Shown in pieces: positions 58,408 through 64,000 of a stretch of 64,000 nucleotides of DNA. The translations under genes were made by a program, and so were the position numbers. Each line of letters begins with the position of its first letter. The stretch's first letter is position 1. Origin of the DNA: Patescibacteria group bacterium (GTDB lineage Bacteria; Patescibacteriota; Patescibacteriia; 2-02-FULL-49-11); contig JBAZQN010000005.1 in assembly GCA_041645165.1 (NCBI GenBank), positions 19,832-83,831 on the forward strand, written 5' to 3'. Under the pieces are notes generated by a model. It searched no databases. It was not told where the DNA came from and saw nothing but the letters and a program-made list of their open reading frames with translations.

Positions 58408-59835
58408 TTATTGAATATATTTTCTCACGTCCGTCACCTTGCCTTCAATAGCCGCCACGGCCGCCATGGCAGGGGACATGAGGAGCGTGCGCGCGCCCTG
58501 GCCCTGCCTGCCAATGAAGTTGCGGTTGGATGTGGACGCGCAGTATTTCCCCGGGGGCACGACATCGCCGTTCATCGCGATGCACATGCTGCAGCCCGGA
58601 TCGCGCCATTCGCATCCGGCATTTTCGAATATTTCCTTCAGCCCTTCCGCTTCCGCCTGTTTCTTCACACTTTGCGATCCCGGCACCACGTAGACGATGC
58701 GGCCCGCCGCGATTTTCCCCCCTTTCAGGAATTGCGCGGCGACGCGCAGGTCTTCAATGCGCGCATTGGTGCAGCTGCCGATAAATACATAATCGATGCG
58801 TTGCCCTATGACCCGCTGGCCCGGTTGCATTCCCATATAGTCAAGCGCTTTCTTCACTTCAGGATTCGCGGTGTCATCAGGAATGTGTTCACTCACCTTC
58901 ACGGACATGCCCGGATTGATGCCCCAGGTCACCATGGGCTCGATTTCAGACGCGTCCATCTTCACTTCACGGTCAAACGCCGCGTCCGAATCACCGCGAA
59001 AGGAAAGCCATGTGGCTATTGTCGCGCGTTTTGATTCTTCGGTAGGAAAGGAAATTTTTGAGAGCAGATAATCGACCGTCGTCTGATCCGGCGCGATCAT
59101 GCCGGCGCGCGCGCCCGCTTCAATGCTCATGTTGCACACCGTGAGCCTCTCTTCCATGCTTAATTTTTCTATTGTATTCCCGCGGTATTCCAGAGTGTAG
59201 CCCACGCCGCCGCCCACACCGATCCGCCGGATGATGGAAAGGATGATGTCTTTTGCATACACCCCCCGCGGAAGCTCACCGGTGATGGTGATGGCCATGG
59301 TTTTGGTCTTTTTTTGCAGGAGGCACTGGGTAGCGAACACCTGTTCAACTTCCGACGTGCCGATACCGAAGGCGAGGGCGCCAAACGCGCCGTGCGAGGA
59401 CGTATGGCTGTCACCGCACACGATGGTCATGCCCGGCTGGGTGAGGCCGAGTTCTGGCCCGATGACGTGGACAATTCCTTGCTTGTCGCTCTCAAGCCCG
59501 TAGAGAGTGATGCCTTCTGCGCGGCAATTCTCTTCAAGCGTATTCACTTGTTTCTGCGCATTTCCGTCTTTCCACACTCTTTCGAAGCGTCCCCGCGAGG
59601 GCACCGCATGATCCATGGTGGCAAAGGTGAGATCAGGGCGGCGCACCCTCATTCCGCGCGTTTTTAGCCCCGCAAACGCCTGCGGTGAGGTCACCTCATG
59701 GATGAGATGAAGGTCAATGTAGATGATCGCAGGTTCATTCGGCGCCTGCCCCGTAAGCCCCGCCTTGGCGGGGTCCTTCGGGGCTTCCCGCACCACATGC
59801 GCGTCCCATATTTTGTCGTACAAGGTCTTGGACAT
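58408..59835 (-). CDS. leuC: 3-isopropylmalate dehydratase large subunit
   Basis: Aconitase-family motifs (MSKTLYDKIWDAHVV, GDSHT, CMGPC-like GSCTNAR). The stop overlaps the leuD start. Start set at MSKTLYDK. Confidence 0.9.
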   Translation of the reverse strand: MSKTLYDKIWDAHVVREAPKDPAKAGLTGQAPNEPAIIYIDLHLIHEVTSPQAFAGLKTRGMRVRRPDLTFATMDHAVPSRGRFERVWKDGNAQKQVNTLEENCRAEGITLYGLESDKQGIVHVIGPELGLTQPGMTIVCGDSHTSSHGAFGALAFGIGTSEVEQVFATQCLLQKKTKTMAITITGELPRGVYAKDIILSIIRRIGVGGGVGYTLEYRGNTIEKLSMEERLTVCNMSIEAGARAGMIAPDQTTVDYLLSKISFPTEESKRATIATWLSFRGDSDAAFDREVKMDASEIEPMVTWGINPGMSVKVSEHIPDDTANPEVKKALDYMGMQPGQRVIGQRIDYVFIGSCTNARIEDLRVAAQFLKGGKIAAGRIVYVVPGSQSVKKQAEAEGLKEIFENAGCEWRDPGCSMCIAMNGDVVPPGKYCASTSNRNFIGRQGQGARTLLMSPAMAAVAAIEGKVTDVRKYIQ

Positions 59836-59951
59836 AGCAATGAAAATCCCAAATCCCAATTTCCAATGACCAATAAAATCCAAATGTGAAAATCCCAAAT
59901 TGGTCATTCAGTCATTAATGCATTGGTTGGTCATTGGGGTTTGGGCATTGG
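59836..59951 (-). promoter_or_regulatory. leuA-leuC intergenic region packed with ATTGGTCAT/ATGACCAAT palindromic half-sites and AAATCCC repeats
   Basis: The 9-mer ATTGGTCAT occurs four times and its reverse complement ATGACCAAT once, plus a 10-bp inverted repeat AATGACCAAT/ATTGGTCATT around a 24-nt loop, immediately upstream of the leuC ATG. Confidence 0.45.
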
Positions 59952-61145
59952 TCATTTCTTTGAACTTTGAAATTTGAATTTTGTCATTATATCAATGAGG
60001 TCTTCTTCTTCCACTTCTTTCTTTTCGTCTGCCACGATGAGGAAACGCCGATACGCCTCATCCAGCTGATCGCCTTCCAATGAGAATCCCAATTGCGCGA
60101 GTTTGTGTTTCAGCGCGGCGTGGCCGGAGCGTGCGGTGAGCACGATTCTCGACACGTCCACGCCCACATCCGGCGGATTGATGATTTCATAATTATCCCT
60201 GCTTTTCAATACGCCGTCCTGATGGATGCCGGATGAATGGGCAAAGGCATTTGCGCCTACAATCGCTTTGTTCGGCTGTACCGGAATGCCCATGGTTTTA
60301 GCGATGAGCCTGCTTAAAGAGGCTAAGCGGGAGCTCTCAATCCTGATCTCGAAGCCGTTATCGCGCCGGGTTTTCAGCGCCATCACGACTTCTTCGAGCG
60401 CCGCGTTTCCCGCCCGCTCGCCGATGCCGTTCATCGTCACTTCCACCTGCCGCGCGCCCGCGCGCACGCCTGCCAAAGTGTTCGCGGTCGCAAGCCCCAA
60501 GTCGTTGTGGCAATGGACGCTTACCACGACATTCTCAATGCCTTTCACGCGGTCGAACAGGTATTTTATTTTTTCATACCACTCTTCAGGAAAACAATAG
60601 CCGGTGGTGTCGGGGATATTGACGACCGTGGCGCCCGCGGCAATGACCACTTCAACCATCTGCGCCAAAAACACAGGATCCGCGCGTCCCGCATCTTCGG
60701 CATAGAATTCAATGTCATGGACAAATTGTTTCGCATAGCGCACCGCATCGACGCCTTGAGAGAGCACTTTGTCCCGCGTGGATTTAAACTTTTTTTCAAT
60801 ATGGATATCAGACGAGCCGATGCCGGTATGGATGCGCGGCCGTTTCGCAAAACGCAATGCCTCGACTGCCGCGTCAATGTCTTTGTGCACGGCCCGCGTG
60901 AGCGCGCACACCGTCACGTCGCCCACGGCCTTGGACACCTCGACCACTGACGCGAAATCTCCCGGGCTTGATATGGGGAATCCCGCTTCAATCACGTCCA
61001 CGCTCAGCCGCGCAAGCTCCCGCGCGAGCGCGACTTTCTCTTGCGTGTTCAGCTTCGCGCCCGGCACTTGTTCGCCATCCCGCAAGGTAGTGTCGAAGAT
61101 GTACAGACGTTCTTTGGTTTGGGGTGAAGATGGCATAGTGAGCAT
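59952..61145 (-). CDS. leuA: 2-isopropylmalate synthase, short form lacking the C-terminal allosteric domain (LeuA/CimA/NifV-like catalytic core only)
   Basis: LYIFDTTLRDGEQ, HCHNDLGLATANTL and the TIM-barrel plus subdomain I are present. At 397 aa the protein ends before any LeuA_dimer regulatory domain. Confidence 0.85.
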   Translation of the reverse strand: MLTMPSSPQTKERLYIFDTTLRDGEQVPGAKLNTQEKVALARELARLSVDVIEAGFPISSPGDFASVVEVSKAVGDVTVCALTRAVHKDIDAAVEALRFAKRPRIHTGIGSSDIHIEKKFKSTRDKVLSQGVDAVRYAKQFVHDIEFYAEDAGRADPVFLAQMVEVVIAAGATVVNIPDTTGYCFPEEWYEKIKYLFDRVKGIENVVVSVHCHNDLGLATANTLAGVRAGARQVEVTMNGIGERAGNAALEEVVMALKTRRDNGFEIRIESSRLASLSRLIAKTMGIPVQPNKAIVGANAFAHSSGIHQDGVLKSRDNYEIINPPDVGVDVSRIVLTARSGHAALKHKLAQLGFSLEGDQLDEAYRRFLIVADEKKEVEEEDLIDIMTKFKFQSSKK

Positions 61146-61157
61146 ATTTATTCATGG

Positions 61158-61245
61158 TAGCGTGGCAGTTTATCTGCCACCGATAGGTTACTTGAAGTCG
61201 CAGACAAGCCTGCTTGCGCAGGCAAGCTGCGACGCTACGAATTGG
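61158..61245 (-). repeat. Structured hairpin repeat, copy 2, in the leuA 5' leader
   Basis: gtagcgtggcagtttatctgccac...gtcgcagacaagcctgcttgcgcaggcaagctgcgacgctac. Confidence 0.55.
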
Positions 61246-61283
61246 TTTTGAATTTTAGGATTTCATTTAACTGCGGTAAAGAT

Positions 61284-61308
61284 AAAAAAATCCTCCCCTT
61301 ATGGGAGG
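61284..61308 (-). terminator. leu attenuator terminator (minus-sense CCUCCC-AUAA-GGGGAGG + U7)
   Basis: Perfect hairpin plus a U-run read from the minus strand, 28 nt downstream of the leader-peptide stop and upstream of leuA. Confidence 0.75.
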
Positions 61309-61336
61309 TAATAGGTAGAATTTTGACTACGCAGCA

Positions 61337-61411
61337 TTACTTCCCACCCGGTAATGGAAGGAGGAGAGAAGTAAGGAGAAGCGAGTGAATGGCGGTGGTT
61401 TGATGTGTCAT
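61337..61411 (-). promoter_or_regulatory. leuL: leu leader peptide MTHQTTAIHSLLLTSLLLPLPGGK (7 Leu in 10 codons before the stop)
   Basis: 24-codon minus-strand ORF. Its 3' end (GGGAAGUAAU) can pair with AUUACCUCCC (the 5' half of the terminator) as an antiterminator. The Leu-codon region (CUUCC...) can pair with GGAAG of region 2. Confidence 0.7.
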
Positions 61412-61521
61412 ATTCTTAAGTTTAGGGTATGTCAAATATCCGTTTACGTCAATACATTGTTGTGGATAAGGGCTTTTTATGCTATTTTGACGTGTGAAAG
61501 AAGCGATGGTATTCTTGTAGT

Positions 61522-61824
61522 ATGAAGAATGAAAATTTTCCTCGTGGTTTAAATGATTCATCTTCATCAATCAAGGAATTGACTACTCTACTTGATAAAG
61601 TATCGGAGGGAGAATTAGTCGAAGCATATAATAAAGGACGAGTAGTGCTACAACAAGGGACAGTGCATGATAGTGGTTCACCGCTGAATCTTCACTTGTG
61701 GGGCGTTGAAGGTATAGCATGGGATTCTCAACCATTGAAAGAAAGAATTGAGGAATTGAAAGACGCATTAGAAGAGAAGGGATACCAATTTGATCATGAG
61801 GGAAATATTATTAAATTATCTTAA
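61522..61824 (+). CDS. Hypothetical protein
   Basis: 100-aa ORF in a low-GC stretch with no family assignable. Confidence 0.3.
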   Translation: MKNENFPRGLNDSSSSIKELTTLLDKVSEGELVEAYNKGRVVLQQGTVHDSGSPLNLHLWGVEGIAWDSQPLKERIEELKDALEEKGYQFDHEGNIIKLS

Positions 61825-62524
61825 GTCCATGTTTTCTAAAAAAAGGATTATCGCTATTGCGCTTTTTGCCGTGATCGGCCTATTGGCGGATCGCGTGGCG
61901 GTGAGCGCGGTGTGGGGAGCTAAGGGCCAGACCTTTACGCTCTTGCAGCTGTTTGCGCCGGCAGTGGGCGCATTCCTTGGCGGCGTGAGCGGCGCCGTTA
62001 CCGTATTGTTTACGGAAATCGCGAGTTTCATCATCCAAGGGAAAGAAGTCACCGTGATGAATGTAGTTCGCCTTTTGCCGCTGGTGTGCGCGACATTTTA
62101 TTTTGCCAGCGTCATGCGGCCCCATGGCAAGAAGTCGCGGTGGATTGAGATTGGCGTGCCCGCGCTCGCCATGCTTATCTTTTGGGAACACCCCATCGGC
62201 CGCGCGGTGTGGTACTACGCGCTTTATTGGACCATCCCCATGATTGTATCGCTCACGCCTTTGCGGAAGACCTTGGTGGGGAAAAGTTTAGGCTCCACAT
62301 TTACCGCGCACGCAGTCGGCGGCGCGTATTGGATCTGGGCAACCAATATGGCGGCGCCGCTCTGGACCGCGCTCATTCCGGTCGTCGCCATGGAGCGCGC
62401 GGTGTTTGGGCTGGGGATTGCGCTCACGTTTATGGCGGTCAACCTGTCGCTCTCTCGCCTGCCCTCGGTCCACGCGCTCCCGATCAAGATTCACCATGTA
62501 AGGACAGTTTTTTCACGGGGTTAA
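61790..62524 (+). CDS. Polytopic membrane protein (ECF-transporter S-component-like, about 6 TM)
   Basis: Small hydrophobic protein with S-component-like topology. The start may be the internal Met (MFSKKRII). Confidence 0.45.
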   Translation: MIMREILLNYLKSMFSKKRIIAIALFAVIGLLADRVAVSAVWGAKGQTFTLLQLFAPAVGAFLGGVSGAVTVLFTEIASFIIQGKEVTVMNVVRLLPLVCATFYFASVMRPHGKKSRWIEIGVPALAMLIFWEHPIGRAVWYYALYWTIPMIVSLTPLRKTLVGKSLGSTFTAHAVGGAYWIWATNMAAPLWTALIPVVAMERAVFGLGIALTFMAVNLSLSRLPSVHALPIKIHHVRTVFSRG

Positions 62525-62562
62525 CGGCGGTCGCCTTTTCGATAGAATTAAATTATAATTTT

Positions 62563-63849
62563 ATGCCACCAACAAGCCCCGCACAGCCACAAAATGAGGA
62601 AATGTTAGAACCTCAACCAAAATTTAACACACTGTTAACTATAATTATCTCTGTCTTCGCCACCACCATACTAGTCGGAGCAGGAGTGTATTTTGTCATG
62701 GCGAGAAACAACAGCAGTGGCAATCAGCAAGTATTGGAAACACAGGTTGATTATTTAAATAAAAAAATTGAAGTTTTGGAAAGTCAAAAGCAGGCCAATA
62801 CCGAAGATACTAAAAACATTGTTAATGAAGGCAAAAATGGAGAGCAAGGGAATCAGGATAAATTTGCTGATTGGCAGATTTATCGGAATGAGCAGTATGG
62901 GTTTGAAATAAAGTATCCAAAGGATTTAATTGTTAATCAAACTGATTCAAATATTATTACAATGGGCTCTCAGGCAACACCTTATATAGTCATTGAAAGA
63001 TATCCAAGCAGACAAAACATTGATTTTCAAAGTTTTGTTCAGGAAAAATTAGTAAAAGCTTTTGGTAGTTTATTAGATGTTAATAAAATTAAATGGGCAG
63101 AGTGGGCACATAAAGAAATTTTTGATCAGTATGTTATAGATGTGGAGTTTGAGAATATGGTAGGTGGTTACACCGGCAATGTAATTTGGACTTATTTTGC
63201 GAGAGGAAATTGGGTGTACAGAATATCAGCTTTGCAGGGCTACAATAATATGGACCAAAAGACATTTCAGAACCAAATCATTCCCACCTTTAAATTTATT
63301 AACGGAACCGCCAACTGGCAGACATATAAGAATGAAAATTTGGGATTGGAATTTAAATATCCCCAGGAATTTACTTTAAAACAGAGTGACCATCCTCATT
63401 ATAAGACAGGTAGCTTTTTAGAAGTTCATCAAAGTGGAGCCGAAGTTTGGTCAAGTGATGTGGTTGTTTCAGTCAGACTTGATAATGCTTACTTGGGTAC
63501 AAATTTTCAAAGTGCTTGGCTAACAGTAGCTTATGATTCAGATATTGCCGATTTATCTAACTGTCAGGAGCTACACAGAAACAGAGGAGTAGAAAAAATG
63601 ACTGATAGTCAGGTCGTTAATAGAGTTACTTGGTATAAAGGCGAAACTAGCGGTGTAGCAGCGGGTACGTATGTGAAATCAAAAGTTCATCATACTTTTC
63701 ATAATGATATGTGTTATGAAGTAACCCTGCATCTATCAATTGCTAACATTGGGAACTTTGATCCTACTTCAGGTATAAAAGAAGTTGATGAAAGTGTAGT
63801 TTGGGTAAAGCTGGGAAGTATTTTTTCCACCTTCAAATTTTTAGATTAA
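62563..63849 (+). CDS. Membrane-anchored secreted protein with an internally duplicated domain (W-Q-x-Y-x-N-E-x-x-G-x-E-x-K-Y-P motif twice)
   Basis: Start set at MPPTSPAQ (62563). The upstream 381 nt of the ORF-track call overlap the previous gene in another frame and have different composition. One TM anchor, then Q/N-rich sequence, then two repeats. Confidence 0.5.
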   Translation: MPPTSPAQPQNEEMLEPQPKFNTLLTIIISVFATTILVGAGVYFVMARNNSSGNQQVLETQVDYLNKKIEVLESQKQANTEDTKNIVNEGKNGEQGNQDKFADWQIYRNEQYGFEIKYPKDLIVNQTDSNIITMGSQATPYIVIERYPSRQNIDFQSFVQEKLVKAFGSLLDVNKIKWAEWAHKEIFDQYVIDVEFENMVGGYTGNVIWTYFARGNWVYRISALQGYNNMDQKTFQNQIIPTFKFINGTANWQTYKNENLGLEFKYPQEFTLKQSDHPHYKTGSFLEVHQSGAEVWSSDVVVSVRLDNAYLGTNFQSAWLTVAYDSDIADLSNCQELHRNRGVEKMTDSQVVNRVTWYKGETSGVAAGTYVKSKVHHTFHNDMCYEVTLHLSIANIGNFDPTSGIKEVDESVVWVKLGSIFSTFKFLD

Positions 63850-64000
63850 ATTTTGGCTGACTTAACAAATCGGTTCCAGGTATAACCTCGAGCCAACACC
63901 GTGTTTTAGTGTTTCTGTGCTTTATGTGTTTTATGACTTTATTCCATTACCATTCTTTAAAGTAAAGCAAGTGTTATGGGGTAAATTAAAGGTACTAAAT

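Noticed and set aside
61337-61570. Full 77-aa minus-strand ORF as a protein-coding gene.
   Set aside because: Only the last 24 codons (from the internal Met) make sense, as a Leu-rich leader peptide followed by the terminator. The upstream part overlaps the divergent 61522-61824 ORF and has no features.
62182-62562. N-terminal 127 residues of the ORF-track call 62182-63849.
   Set aside because: This region overlaps the 61790-62524 membrane gene in another frame, is GC-rich unlike the AT-rich remainder, and a good internal Met (MPPTSPAQ) follows the upstream gene's stop.

Overview
GC-rich (~55-60%) bacterial chromosomal window with several AT-rich islands. Genes here start without Shine-Dalgarno sequences. 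The housekeeping backbone carries glyA, trpS, rnj (RNase J), tRNA-Leu(CAG), an oligopeptide-type ABC substrate-binding protein, secG, uvrC, uvrA, proC, and a branched-chain amino-acid cluster. The plus-strand part of that cluster is thrC-like, ilvE, ilvD, ilvC, ridA, ilvB, ilvN and an aminotransferase; the convergent minus-strand operon is leuA-leuC-leuD-leuB. The accessory content is a low-GC defence island at about 32.1-41.5 kb (NYN protein, Type I hsdR, rhuM, a fused hsdM-hsdS gene, and an RloC/PrrC-like coiled-coil ABC ATPase), and an AT-rich island at 27.4-32.1 kb with three tandem paralogous small membrane proteins, a large polytopic membrane protein and a secreted thrombospondin-type-3-repeat protein. 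Most striking is the density of repeats: (i) a ~210-bp MITE-like element in five copies at gene boundaries; (ii) a 181-bp palindromic repeat inserted twice in frame inside uvrC (60 extra residues each), with another palindrome-rich in-frame insertion in leuD, resembling Rickettsia palindromic elements; (iii) gene-specific short tandem repeat arrays (7-9 bp units) immediately upstream of several start codons; (iv) structured hairpin repeats inside the leu operon. I also find textbook-looking leader-peptide attenuators upstream of leuA (MTHQTTAIHSLLLTSLLLPLPGGK plus terminator and antiterminator) and ilvC (MQSTATNQIFSVVILIQP plus terminator). Two further oddities: a threonine-synthase-like enzyme fused to a LeuA-type allosteric domain while the adjacent leuA lacks that domain, and a MurI-like racemase homolog with both catalytic Cys replaced by Ser.
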